NCBI RefSeq assembly: GCF_001194135.2
Contig: NC_068982.1
Span: 50,804,459 to 50,868,458, forward strand
Length of the DNA stretch: 64,000 nucleotides
Reading direction: 5' to 3'
Origin: Octopus bimaculoides
Taxonomy: Eukaryota
How positions within the stretch are numbered: the first letter of the stretch is position 1; each line of letters starts with the position of its first letter. This document shows, piece after piece, positions 50,232 to 63,163 of the stretch. Under the pieces are notes generated by a model, which saw nothing but the letters and a program-made list of their open reading frames with translations, was not told the DNA's origin and made no database searches. A program made the translations under genes and the position numbers.

Positions 50232-51020
50232 GCATAACAGTTGTGCACGTGATGTTTCAGTGCGTGTAAAAATTGCTTTGCATGGAACAAGACCGTGATG
50301 CAAAAAAGGGTTGGTGACAACTGTTCTTCCCGATTTCTCCTCTTACCATAAATAGCAGTCAAATTCCATCGAGTCACCCTTTGGAAACAAAATGTAACCT
50401 AAATATACAATTATTTGGGATAGGCAGAGCTGGGACGTTTTTGATCATAAGCGAACTACCAGTGGCAACATATGTCCCAACAACAACTGGATAACACTTT
50501 AAGATTTCGAAAGTATTCATGTATCTCATGACTTCAAAAGATATGCTTTAAAAACATTTGACTTCATGATGAAAATGATAGGAGCTCAAACTCATTAATG
50601 ACACCAACTTTGAATTTGTTGTTATTTAGTGAATTCCTGATTTTGATAAGAATTCACAGAAAGTTTTCACATGTCCAAAACATAGGACAAAAAACTAATA
50701 ACTTCTCATTGTCATCTGTCATTTCTGAATTTGTGTGCGTATGGTTGTGTTTTGTGCGTGTGCGCATGTGTATAAGTTTTTTTTCTCCCAGTATCAGAAA
50801 TTTGTATCGTATGTCATGAACATTTTTACATTTCTAATCTTCTATATTTGCTTTCATAGTTCGTAAGCATTTCTAGTCTTTTCTATGTTTTTTTGTTTTT
50901 TTTAACGAAATATTTCCATATGTGTATTGTCATGATAAGAACAGTAACGACTCATTTACTATTTGAAATCTGAGTTTTGCTATTTGCATGTCATTCTTTC
51001 TTCAATGAATATCTGATTTA

Positions 51021-51053
<33 letters not shown>

Positions 51054-51338
51054 AAAGGAAAAATGTAACTATATTTGAAAAGTTACTGGACTTCAGTCAT
51101 CTCTATTATTTCTACAGAAGCAACGCTTCTAAATAGATAAGTGCTGAAGATGGAGAGATTGAAATTCAACTAAAATTAATCAGCTGTCATCACCTAAGAA
51201 GATCACGGCTGCTTAAAGTTGTATATTTTTCATAGTAGTACATTAGACATAATTTGAAGCTTGCTATCAGTTTAGGTGTTATTAAAACGGCTGCCCTGAT
51301 GGAAAAATTTGAAACTATAATTACTATTATTATAATCC

Positions 51339-51370
<32 letters not shown>

Positions 51371-51930
51371 GAGTGAGAGAGCAGCGCATGCCATCAAAGT
51401 GACACTGGGGTAAAATATACGAAGCCCAGTATACTTATCATGACTACCCGTCTGGTAAGGGTACACCAGGCACCAGGCATATGCATCACAACCATATGTG
51501 CGCTACATGGTCATCTTATATCAAGATAAACAGCGCATGACCTTGCTGGTAGGGTGCAGTCAGAAGTTTCTTCAGGTCGATAAGTCCATCCCACTCAAAA
51601 GGTCCCTGAATAAGGTCTGTTTAAGGATGATGAATGAAACACCCATGTTTCCAGAGGTGAATTATTCAAACCCCAATTAATTCCTCTCAACACGTGGCTA
51701 TAACGTTCCCCTACAACTTCTGCTCGTGATCAGAGATGCACATATCGTCAGCCACCAAGAGACATTCTGAACTGGTTAAAGTCAAGCAACTGAGAAGCAA
51801 ATCTGTGGTATTGAGCAGAATATTTGCTTTGGACCATTTTTTATACGAAGGCAAAACATGTACATGATAACAGTTCCAATCAGTTAAGATCAGAAGCCAT
51901 GAGAGCCAGTGCCTGGTACTACATCAGGGC
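51371..51930 (-). mobile_element. Family F second copy, between (ATT)n tracts
   Basis: Reverse complement starts gccctgatgtagtaccaggcactggctctcatggcttctgatc and ends gtcactttgatggcatgcgctgctctctcactc-aataataat. Confidence 0.88.
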
Positions 51931-51967
<37 letters not shown>

Positions 51968-51991
51968 GTTGTTGTTGTTGTTGTTGTTGTT

Positions 51992-52749
51992 ATCATTTAG
52001 AGTTTCCTTTCATTATAACTTTATTTCAGCTGCCTTAGTACTGGGCATCCTCCGGAGGCCAAGAGTAGCAACAGCACATTTGTTTCGCTATGCATGCTAA
52101 AATTATCACCACGTTTATTCCATATTAGATGGAGAATGCTTTCCGTAAAATATGGGCTGTACCTATCAAGGTTATCTTTTGTATTTCACAGAGATTGGAG
52201 TTACCAGAGAGTTGCTTAATATACTTCTCAGCTCTCTTCTTTATCATTCCCAATGCACCAATTACTGCTTGTATTATTGTAGTACTAAGCTTCCACATTT
52301 TTGTGATTTCAATTTGCAGATCTTTATAGTGAGAAAGCTTTTCGTATTCCTTTCTTGAGACATTTTGATCTTGTGGGACAAACATATCTATTAACAAACA
52401 AGTTCTTCAGTTGTAGTCCTTCATCACAATGTCTGGTCGATTGGAGTCAATTTTTCTGTCTCTTTGTATTGGGAAGTTCCTAAGGATAATGACGGCCTCG
52501 CCATTCACTACATCCTCTAGATGGTGCCTATACCACTTATCACGGGATTTAATTTTGTAGTATTTACAAGCATTCCAGTGGATGTGCTGCCCTAGTCTGT
52601 CATGTCTTATGAGGTACTATTTTTCAGCCAGGCAGCCAGAAACAACATGATCAATTGTCTCTGTGAATTTTCCACAAATTCTACACGAGGGATCAGATTC
52701 ATCGTTAAGGACGTTTGCATAGTAGTTTCTGGCTGGTAAGCTCTCATGA
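51992..52749 (-). mobile_element. 5'-truncated R4/Dong-like non-LTR retrotransposon (CCHC finger, restriction-like endonuclease, 3' UTR)
   Basis: Single frame with 2 stops: SLPARNY..CRICGKFTETIDHVVSGC..RHD..HIHW..NRPDIVMKD..LIDMFVPQDQNVSRKEYEKLSHYKDL..VIGALG..GTAHILRK; (AAT)n on both sides. Confidence 0.9.
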
Positions 52750-52763
52750 TTATTATAATTATA

Positions 52764-52796
<33 letters not shown>

Positions 52797-52904
52797 GAAG
52801 ACTCTGCTCGTGGATTTCAATGAAGGACATGTGTTCGTGAGCTATAAGTTTTTGTTCAATTTTTACAAATAATAATGTTTGTTGTATCTGAAAATTTTTT
52901 ACGA

Positions 52905-54790
52905 CATTTGTGTGGCCAGGCCGACTGGGCTCTTGCTGAGCTGAGCGGAGCGGGAGAAGAGTGTTAGCTCTTCCTTTCTTTTTGACGTCCCCCTCTGCTG
53001 TCGGAAAACAGCCAAAAATGTTTTAAATTAATTGTTTCCGCCCTCTCCGCGCCTTAAAAGGCAAAGAGAGGGACGACCAAAGTCTTGCTAGCACGTGCCA
53101 CGCTGAGCAACAGAAGGAAAAAGAAGAAAAGAAACGCGAGATAGAAGAGAAAAAGAGCAAAGAAATTCAGCTAATGGACGCTGCTAAAGTCGGAACACCT
53201 GTGAATCCAAGCCCTCCTACTACCACCACTAACACTAACATATTGAACACTCAACAACAACAACCCAATACATTAAACAGCAGAGGTTTTGCTTCAAGCG
53301 CAAAGCTTAGAAATGAATTCATTAATGTTTCTGTAGAATTTCTCAAAGGCTACAGAAACATGTTAAAAAGAAAAACGGTGTTTTGATAAACACACCTTTA
53401 GAGGTTATAGACAATACAAACAAACGTACCATAGTGTACAAAACTATATCTTTAAAAAATAGACGTTTACAAACTGCTAGAAAGCAAAGAGTTGAAAAAA
53501 TGCTTGCAACCTATTTGGAAAGACGTAACATATCTGTCGATAAGAAATATAGCACAACTGAAGTCAGATATGCTACAGAAAACATAGCAAAACAACACTC
53601 AACAGTCCAGCTGAGAAACAGTGAACTTGTCCTAGTTCCAACATACTTAGGACGGCGCGTCGCCAGGATAAAAATACTGGAGATACCACCAGAAATGAAC
53701 GCTTGCTGAATTGTCGCAGCCGTCCTCCACGACTTGAAAAATAAAATTATAATCAACCAAGTCAAGAAACAAGGAAAGAACAAATGGACTGGTCAGGAAT
53801 TGCAAATAATGGTCCAAATAAACCAAGACGTTTTGGAAAAAATTCCTGACTAACTCAGCCTTCCAGATGATACTATGCTGAACGTCACAGTTGAGGACAG
53901 AAGGTCAAGATGTTATCAATGCGGACAGAATAACCACCTGAAAGCCTTCTTCCGGCAACTAAAACAGGAGGGCACTACCACCTTGATACAAGCATCATCC
54001 ACACCACAACTGAAGCAACCCTAACTACAGAAGCAACCCCAACAACCAAACCCACCGAAAAGAAAGCAGAGAGGGCTCCAGCAAACAACTGCACGAGAGA
54101 CAACAATGCCAACAACAGAGGAGCTGACCACATGCACCACCACAGGGCCTACAAAAACACCACCAACGCAGCTCTTGCCAGAGGAACAAAAAGCATCAGC
54201 AAATTTCGACCCACTGGATCTACCCCTTCCCGATTTTGACTCATCAGACATGTCGTGCAGTGAGGCCGACAGAATTGAGGGGACAGAAGTCAGACGTAAA
54301 AGACTAGGAAAAAGGCACAGCAGTACACCAACAAATAAACGAGTTGTACCCCCACCCAAAAGCATCGCAAATCACCTGAAAAAATAACAAAAACAACACA
54401 CCAACACCCACGCTTCCAATACCTTCACCAACACCACAGACACAACCAACAGTACAAGGCACAAGAGGGTCAACACAAAAAGGAAACGAAAATAACACTG
54501 TGAAAAAATACGAGGAAGTAACGAGAGCAAAGATTAATCCGGAAAATCGGTGGCCCTGCAGCTCGGCACCTGAAGAGGCTGATCCATGCCAACCGACAGG
54601 GTTTTTTAAGGACGTTGGACGGTCGGGCCCGTAAAATTGCTCTGGATCTGGTTCGGACGGGACCTCCAACTGGAGAAGAACTGGAGCGAGGTGAAGAGAA
54701 AGGTAGCCAGTCTCACTCAGAAATGGGCCGAGAGGAAGCGATTCTTGAAAGGTCGAGCCGAGGTGGTGAACACATATGTCACCTCAGTCA
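52905..54790 (+). mobile_element. Tx1/L1-clade LINE: 5' UTR, disrupted ORF1 (RRM-like region, CCHC knuckle), fused by deletion to an RT C-terminal fragment
   Basis: ORF1 from 53174: PTYLGRRVARIKILEIPPE, VTVEDRRSRCYQCGQNNHLKAF. From about 54500: KKYEEVTRAKINP..KS.., VKLLWIWFGRDLQLEKNWSEVKRKV..W.ERKRFLKGRAEVVNTYV. Confidence 0.82.
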
Positions 54791-54802
54791 ATATTATTAT
54801 TA

Positions 54803-54950
54803 ACGCAACGAGCTAGCAGAATAGTTAGCACGCCGGACAAAGTGCTTAGCGACATTTATTCCGGATTTACGTTCGGAGTCCAAATCCCACCGAAATCCTT
54901 TCAGTGACAATAAAATAAGTACAATTTCATACTTTGTGCCTATTGTAGAA
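54803..54950 (+). mobile_element. SINE family A, internally deleted, (ATC)n tail
   Basis: gcaacgagctagcagaatagttagcacgccggacaaagtgcttagc..gataaaataagtac..ttgtgcctattgtagaaagaatcatcatc. Confidence 0.8.
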
Positions 54951-54989
54951 AGAATCATCATCATCATAGTTGTCATCATCATCATCATC

Positions 54990-55815
54990 ATCGGATATTT
55001 TTTTGTATAACAAGACATGCTTCACGGCGCTCTCGTTTCTTGGTAAATTTTTGTGATTTTTTCAAAATTAGATTACATTTCACGCGATCACACAAATATA
55101 GAAAGATCTTTAATAGACATAATTTAAGAATCTCTTTCAGTTGTGCACCCAATGTTAAGGAAAAATTACTTAGCACTCCTAAACTACGGACAGAGGCAGG
55201 TTGTTCATGCAGGATTAGAAATGACTGCCCAGTGGACGGCTGATGTAACACCGAGGCTACAGTGTACGAAGCAAAGGTAGCCCCAAACAGAAACAGCACA
55301 AATATCAGTAACATCAATGCCAACACAGGGACACACACTAAAATTTATGTCGATCTTGTGAATCCAAATTTAAAATTCGCCTGAACAACCACAGATCTTT
55401 CAGGGTCCCGGAGAGACGCAACACAACAGCACTCGCAGCATACGTATGGCGCCTAAAGGACGATCACACGCCCCTTTAACATCAGGTGGAAATTGCTGGA
55501 AACTTGTGGGCCCTATCGCAATGGAACAAGACTGTAAATTGTATATGGCAGAAAGATATATTATCCTCATGAACTCACATGAGACAGGAGGTTACCTGAA
55601 CACTAGGACGGAAGCCGTGGGGAGTTGTCCACATTTTCGGAAATTTTTACTTCAAATTTGGAAGACAACTCGCCCGGCCATAATTTTTTAAGAGGAATAT
55701 TTCTTGAGCTATCACCGGTGTTCTTATGTTTAAAAAAAACATTCTTTGCAGAGAACGGTTATCGTTTAGAAAAACTGAAGAAATGTCTAGTTCACGCTAG
55801 ATATGAAATCAAAGT
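54990..55815 (+). mobile_element. Penelope-like element 3' part: RT thumb, CxCx5Cx5C linker and GIY-YIG endonuclease (Hydra-clade-like), disrupted
   Basis: HKYRKIFNRHNLRISFSCAPN; GCSCRIRNDCPVDG*C..VYEAKV; ..FKIRLNNHRSF..TTALAAYVWRLK; CKLYMAE..LNTRTE..SCPHFRKF. Confidence 0.85.
55775..55808 (+). ncRNA. Partial hammerhead core downstream of the PLE ORF
   Basis: CUGAAGA-A-AUGUCUAG-uucacg-CUAGAUAU-GAAA with an 8-bp stem II; stems I and III not recoverable. Confidence 0.45.
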
Positions 55816-55822
55816 TACACAT

Positions 55823-55856
<34 letters not shown>

Positions 55857-56022
55857 CCGTAATTTTTTGTCACCGTTCGTATACACCGTCATTTATGATT
55901 GTAATGGTATAACGGCATTTTAAGTCGAGTTAATTGTAAATTGTAAAATTGCTGGTTTGCTTTTAATGGCTTCGATTGATGTCACTGTGGATTTTGTAGT
56001 CAGTTTCACAGCAACTAATGAT

Positions 56023-56062
<40 letters not shown>

Positions 56063-56826
56063 TCTAAAAGTCCTCAGGTCACAACAATCCGGATTCTTTT
56101 TGTTTTTCTTTTGTATAGCTTCCGTGTTCTTTTTTTGTCTTTAGTTTTGGTGGAGAGGGTTGTTTTTTTTGTTAAATTCTCTTGTCATAATTGCGTGTAT
56201 TTCTAACAAAGTTAGTTATGCCATTCGTAAAATATATACATATTGTGTCACATTTGTCTCACGCCATTTTCTGAATACTTCCAGTCATATGAACTTGTAT
56301 AGGCTCAAATTTCAGGTTCAACAACCAGAATTTGACAACAGTTATGTCACCAGTAGAAACAACTTACTGACATTTCAAAAATCGGTTATAACGAAGAATC
56401 AAACCTCTGAATTTATAACAGTGAAAATTATATTAAAAAATATTCTTGCGATTCCTGCACCCAAGATTGTATTTAGCAGCTTACAATATATATCATGATG
56501 AGTGCGTGCGTTGTGCATTGCTAGTAAATGGGTGTATGCGCATGGAGGTAACATGTGGAGGAGGGACGTGGAGTGCGTCTGTATACATATGTGTGTGAAA
56601 TAGCCCAAATAACAAAAAGAAATATATAATTCTAATGCAATTACAATAAAATTTATTATATGAATATGCCATATAGTTGGGGTTTTTTTTATCAGAAAAG
56701 ATAATGGAAATTCAACTTAACTGAATATTAAAAATAAATGTGCGTACAAAATCTACATAAGTTATTTTTGTGCTTCACAGTCGTAAGGAGTGCCGCCTTT
56801 TTTTACATATATATATTACAGAGATC

Positions 56827-56900
56827 AGTGGTTCCCAAACGTTTTTACGCCAAGCCTTACTTCGCCATCTCCAAAAATTTCATGTATCCACTTCACTTAA
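56827..56900 (+). mobile_element. hAT (Charlie/Tip100-type) terminal fragment
   Basis: Begins CAGTGGTTCCCAAAC, a typical hAT terminus; no matching second end found. Confidence 0.45.
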
Positions 56901-58099
56901 TATAAAAGTAAATTTTATGTGGAAAAAGTTTTAATTTAAAATTTCAATAATATAAGTACATTCAATAAAAGTTGCATTAAAAATGGATTAAAAAAATTTG
57001 AGTTAAACAGTTATAATTTTTGATTAACAAAAATGTATCTTACGATACATTTTTTGAAGCTTTAAATTCACAAGACTATCTTAAAATACAGCGAATTCAG
57101 AGTTAAATAATTTCAGGTTGGTGACATTCTTCAGATTGATAAATTGCAAACTAGTGTTTGTGTCGTAAAAATACAGCATTTTTTATTAATTATAGAGAAT
57201 AATTAGAAAGTCCATTTTTCCGTGCGGTTTCTTGATAGTCGCTTAGTATTTATTTATATACTTGATTCCTAATTTGTGTAATTTTTGTACTCTGTTGCAT
57301 CTAATTTTCTTTCGCATCCTTTATTCATCTCATAGTACTCACTCTCTCAGTAAATATCTCTTTCATTAGTTTTATCACAGTCTTAATCTCTCTCTTTTAA
57401 AGAAACTTAAAAGTAGTCCACCCTGTACATAGTTCGTTATTATGCTAGAAATAGTAGAGATCATGTGGGTATAGCCTTTAGCATACAAACCAGTCATAAA
57501 TAGCAAATTCACTTGTGATTTGTTTTCTTTGGGGCTTTTTTAGTGAATTCAGATTTCCCTACTTCATTCAGTTGACCTCCCGGTAACTTGAAATCATGTT
57601 AATATTAAAGAGAGGCAAGGATTTCCCTCGGGGGGTAATTTGAAATCGATTTCGGATTACCCTATCAAGTCTTTCCCCAAATGTTCGTTGAATTTGTGGC
57701 TAATATAGTGTTTTTCTTATGTTTTTATATACGTTGTACTCGTGAGTAAATCATAGAGAAAGAGTTTTGAGCGTCCACTTACTTGGCTGAAGTCGAAAAT
57801 GTCGTATTTAAATTGTAATAACATAAAAGTTTTGTATAATAATGGTGTATGAATATATTTTTTGTATATAGATATATTATGCTTGCATTTAAAGTATGTG
57901 TGTATTAATAAATTTTGTTTTGTATACCATATATTTTGATCGTTAATTTGTTCTTTAAAAAAATAATACAAAAATCGTGACTCAGAATCTTTGATGTTCA
58001 AGGTGTTTTTTTAAATATATCTTTAAAATGTTAGGGTATATACTGGAAAAAAGATCGTATTCCAAAACTTACTTTTTCGGTCGGCAAAATAATATTGGT

Positions 58100-58272
58100 T
58101 TCACATTTTGGCACAAGGCCAGCAATTCCGAGGGTGAGGGGGGTAAGTCGATTACATCAACCGCATTGCTCAAATGGTACTTATTTTATCGATCTCGAAA
58201 GGGCGAAAGGCAAAGTCGGATGAAATGCCGCAAAGTATTTTGCTTGGCATGCTAATGATTCTGCCAGCCTAC
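58100..58272 (-). mobile_element. SINE family A
   Basis: ttttggcacaaggccagcaattcc..gtcgattacatc..gaaaggcaaagtcgg..gcatgctaatgattctgccagcct. Confidence 0.85.
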
Positions 58273-58961
58273 TGTGTTAGTCGATATAATAATATTAATG
58301 TATTATTAACCTAACCTATATAAAACACACAACTGCAGACGTACAAAAGATGGAAAATTATTTTTTGTCCGTTCATCATATGAACTAAGATAACACTAAC
58401 ACTGGAAATATATCGGAAATATATACACAAAGAAGAGATGAAAAGAGATATAGCGAAGGTAGTAATGTCTTACAGCTTCACAGTTTAAGATTTTACAAAA
58501 TGCCAGCAGCGAATTAAAATTAATCGTTTAGTCGAAAAGAAATTTGGAAACCACATTCTGATAAAAATGTACGTAGGTTGGGATTTAATAAAAGATTTCT
58601 AGGCAACGGAGAATTTAATACTTACCTTCCTTTAGTAAACGTTATGTAATTCCTGTTAATTAATAAGCAGCTTTCTCCATTATAGTATAGATGACACCTC
58701 CTTTCGAATGGACAGGATGCATCTTCTTTCTATCTTTATCTCTCACTCCCTCCCTCCCTCTCTGTCTGTTTCCTTTATTCTCTCTATGTAGCGGATAAAG
58801 CAAGGCAGTAAAACAAAATGGTAAAATATTGTTTTGAAAACATAAAGCATTCAAACAAAGCCTAATTGTATTTTATACATCTTCCCTGTAAGATGAATAT
58901 TAATAATACCAACGGCAACAACAACGACAACAATAAAAAAACAACAACGATAATAATGACG

Positions 58962-59165
58962 ATTCCAAATTTTGACACAAGATCAGCGGTTTCGGGGGGA
59001 AGTGATAAGTCGATTACATCGATCCCAGTGCTCAACAGGGCTCGATGAAATCATCTTATACTCCTTATACTTATTTTATCAACCCTTGAAAGAATGAAAG
59101 GCGAAGTCAGCCGCGGCAGAACATAGAACTCAGAACATAAAGACGGATGAAATGCCACTAACGAT
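58962..59165 (-). mobile_element. SINE family A
   Basis: aaattttgacacaag..gtcgattacatcgatcccagtgctcaa..gaaaggcgaagtcagccgcggcag..gaactcagaacataaagac. Confidence 0.8.
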
Positions 59166-59249
59166 TCTTCCAACTTGCGACAAGCTGTTTATACGAATGA
59201 TTTTCCGGTATGACCGGCATCCCCACCGCTCGCAACTTCTCTATTTCTG

Positions 59250-59329
<80 letters not shown>

Positions 59330-59677
59330 CATCTCTTCATGTGTATCTTTCATTCTCTATCTGTTTCACTATTCCAGAGACAAGGAGAAAGAAAGATTAA
59401 AGGCTGAGCGCGGAAAGAAGAGAGAGTTTGGACGTCAGACAAATATGTTTTCGATTTTTTCTTTTTATACACTTACACCACTACCCCTTTACAATTTCAT
59501 ACGTTTTAATTGTTGCTAACACTACTCCCATTTGAAATTTCTGTCTTTCAGATGCTCTTCTCCAAACAAATCTTCTAAAAACGTCCTTACCAGACAGTGA
59601 ATAATAATATGTAGTATTGTGGAAGTTCATTTTGGACTTTTCTGAATACAAGGTAAACACAGAGACAAGTAACATAT

Positions 59678-59713
<36 letters not shown>

Positions 59714-59959
59714 ACAGACAGACAGACAGAAGACAGACATATTGATTTTGGATTATTGTGTATTTGTTTATTGAGTGTAGGTATGAAAATGATGGCTTTT
59801 TCGTGAAAATTGACTACTTTAAAGAGAAGAAATTTTCCGAATATTATATGATATTGACGCTTGTTATTATCATTTTGGTTTGGCTCAGGTTCTATCTTAT
59901 TCCTAGTAGAATGTATGTGGGTTGCCTGCTACTACCTTAACCTCTATTATTGTTGTTGA

Positions 59960-59998
<39 letters not shown>

Positions 59999-61062
59999 TT
60001 TATTATTATTATTATTAGTAGTAGTAGTAGTAAAAAAGAAGAGTGCATTTGTTTGTGGAATAGAATTTGTTTGTGTAACAGAATTTTTTTGGGGGGTGGG
60101 GGGGGGGATAACCACTCCAGTTTATTAGAGGTATCACTTTGTCCTCACCACTACATTCTTGAGAGTTCTGGTATAAGTTCGGAATAAATTCTATTTTCCA
60201 TTTGTTTAAATGTAATTGTAATCTTAGCAATGTCGTTTATAAAAGAAAAATGTACTTCTTTAACAAGCAACAACTATCATCATCATCACCATCATCACGG
60301 CTACTACTACTACTACTACTACTGCTACTACTACTACTACTATCGTTATTAGCATAAGTTATTATTGTTGGTTTGCATTATTATTGTGCTCCCTATTGTA
60401 TCATATGCTTATTATCGTATGTTTGATGCATTATTTTTTTTATGTCTAAATTTTTATTGAAACCGGTGCTACAGAGAATTGTTCATTGTAAAAATACAAT
60501 GACAATAAATTGTATTGAATTGAAAAGAAGAAATCCAGAACTCAATGACGACAGAATGAAAAAAAAATTAAATACCGCATATAAAAGAATATGGCTAAAT
60601 ATATCCTGGCGAAAAATATTCCAATATAATTTTTTTCTTTTTTTTTTTTTCGTTGCCTATGTTTCAGAAGAACATAATATAAAGTTGAGACAATAAAAAA
60701 TTTTCTCTTCTACTAGATACACGAAAAAATATTGTCAAACCGTGCAATAATTCTTCAAGCAATTTTGTTCAGTGTTTCTTTGTAAAAAAAAAAAATATAT
60801 ATTTTTTTATAATGATTCTAAGTTCTCCGATCTGTAAATTTTATGAATCTTCAACCTATATAATAATTTTGTACGCTGACTTAGGGATTCCATCTTCATT
60901 GCTTTCTCAGATGCATATACTTAGCTGATGATTATTTTCGATACTTATCGAAATAATTAAAGTAATATAAGTTATTGACTAATATTGTGTATTTTTTTTT
61001 ATCGTATAATTATTTCTAGTTAGCTTTTTTAATGTTCCTTGCTTTACAGATCTTCTATCATT

Positions 61063-61420
61063 TTACATGTTTTAGTCATTGGGCTACAGCCATTCTGGGG
61101 CACCGCTTTAAAGGGCTTAGTCGAACAAATCAACCCTAGTGCTTGTGTTTTTATATAAAAATTTAGTACTTATCCTATTGTTTTCTTATGTCGAACCGCT
61201 AAGTTACGGAGACAACACCGGTTGTCAAGTGGTCGTGGAGGACGAACGCAACGACACATATACGACAGCCTTCTCTCAGTTTCCGGCTACTAAGTCGACT
61301 CACAAGGCTTTGGTCGGCCCAGGGCTATAATGGAAGACACTTGCCCAAAGTGCCTCGCTGTGAGAATGAACCACGAACTATGTCGTTGGGAAGCAAAATT
61401 TTTACTACACAGACACGCCT
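61063..61420 (-). mobile_element. SINE family B lacking the internal microsatellite
   Basis: ttttagtcattgggctacagccattctggggcaccgc...cacaaggctttggtcggcccagggcta..gacacttgcccaaagtgcc. Confidence 0.88.
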
Positions 61421-62249
61421 GCGCCTGTCGCAAGTTTCTTGTTCATTTCCTAAAGAAACGAAAATGAAGTATAACTGATCTTCGAAATTTTGTCCAGTTG
61501 CCGATCCAGTATAAAATATCAAATATAGCCATGTCTATAAGTAGTACTATTAATGATTATTTACTCCTAAATCATTCTCTGTCATATAATTACTCTTTTA
61601 ATTTTTCATTTCATCTTTATGTGGTCTAGGAAAAAACAGTAAAATACTGTACCCTTCCAATCGACCGTAAAATACGCTTTCCCTACAAATGTTCTTTGTT
61701 TGTGACTAGCTTACAAATCAAAATTTACTTCCGCTATTATTTCATTTTCATGTTCGCACACTCCATTTATTGAAATTTAGGAGATGTAGACCTAGATACA
61801 CTCTGCCAGAAAAAAATACCGTATTTTCTGTAGAAGTCGACTTAATATATCGTGTAAACATGTAGTGTAAACATTCAAAACATCGTCAGTATCTTTCCAA
61901 ATCATGCTGGACTTCACATGAAATTTTTTATCCTCAAAAGCCGTCTTGGTATCTGAGTCGACGACGGAAAATAACGGCACTTGATGGTTGTTGCTAGAGA
62001 AACTTTGATCAATACATATGTTTGATTACAGGTTATCTGAAACTAAAACTAGCAAAATCCATACCACAGTACGATCTAACATTCATATTCTCACTTGACA
62101 AACATCGCCCAGGATACTTTAGGGTACTCCACTTTGTTGCTATCATTCAGACCATTCTTTTCATTTTCCGCTTAGCGTGTGAGTGGTGGTTTTTATTCCC
62201 CTACACCCTAAAAGTTTCTGGGGGGATTCCATGAGGCCATATCATTGCT

Positions 62250-62640
62250 ATGACTACGCAGACTAAACCATTAATTATATAGATACAACTATCTGAACGT
62301 CTTGCTTCCTTGGGCATGGATACATTGAAGCTCAGACGTCAGGCAACTGATTTGGTAGACACCTACAAGATTATCCACCATTTTTCCAACAACAACCTTG
62401 GGCACCTTTTTGAATTCCATATGACAAACACTCGCGGACATGCTTATAAAATGAAAAAAAAAAAAAAAAAAAGCAACACAGCACCCATGACTTTCGGAAA
62501 CAATTTTTCACGCTCAGAATTGCTGAAGCATGGAATAAACTACCTGCATCGGTTGTTAGCAGTCGAGTCACTACATCCTTCAAAACTTCTACGCTTCCTG
62601 AAATCCGCCAACAGTACACCCGATAGTTTTTTCCCTTATT
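62250..62640 (+). mobile_element. CR1-group LINE 3' coding remnant with an expanded poly(A)
   Basis: YSERLASLGMDTLKLRRQATDLVDTYKIIH...TNTRGHAYK; L.LRR..DL..TYKI / TRGH..K is the CR1 tail motif. Confidence 0.85.
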
Positions 62641-62699
62641 TTTTTAGTTGTAATGCACCTGAGCACTGTATACAACAATTTCGTTCATTATTCAAATGT

Positions 62700-62850
62700 A
62701 ATAGGCATGCCTGCGTGGTTTAAAAAGTTCGATTCGCAAACGTCTGATTTCCAGTTCCTATCTACAGTACAGTGCCTTGGCATCTGTCTCTTCTACTTTC
62801 GTGTCAAGTTGATGACGCCTTATCAGTAAAATTTGCAACAAGGAAATGAG
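62700..62850 (+). mobile_element. SINE family B, diverged 5' fragment
   Basis: gcctgcgtggtttaaaaagttcgattcgcaaac..ttccagttcc..gtgccttgggcatctgtctcttctac. Confidence 0.5.
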
Positions 62851-63128
62851 CTGAGTTTAGTTACACACACACATACATACGCAAAACACACACACACAAC
62901 GTGCGCCCGCGTACGCAGGCAGGTGAGCGGGCGGAGGGACGGACAGACAGACAGGCATGATACAAAGGTTGCGAAAAATATGACACAAAAACAAGGTAAA
63001 AAAGAGTTGGTATTAGCTTGATGCTCACATCAAGTGGTTTATCAACGAAGAATACAATTTTTCTCTGAAAACCTATCTGATCCTGTATAGAACTTAAATA
63101 TACGGAATAGTAAACATGTAAGCATACT

Positions 63129-63163
<35 letters not shown>

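Noticed and set aside
55235-55250. In-frame TGA next to a Cys in the PLE linker as selenocysteine
   Set aside because: The TGA is at a non-Cys position of the motif in a copy with other stops and frameshifts, so ordinary decay is more likely
62030-62234. Possible host exon (tttgattacag acceptor, open frame GYLKLKLAKSIPQYDL..., GTGAGT donor near 62180)
   Set aside because: No recognisable protein and no partner exons; such splice-like motifs arise by chance in 64 kb. RNA-seq would be needed
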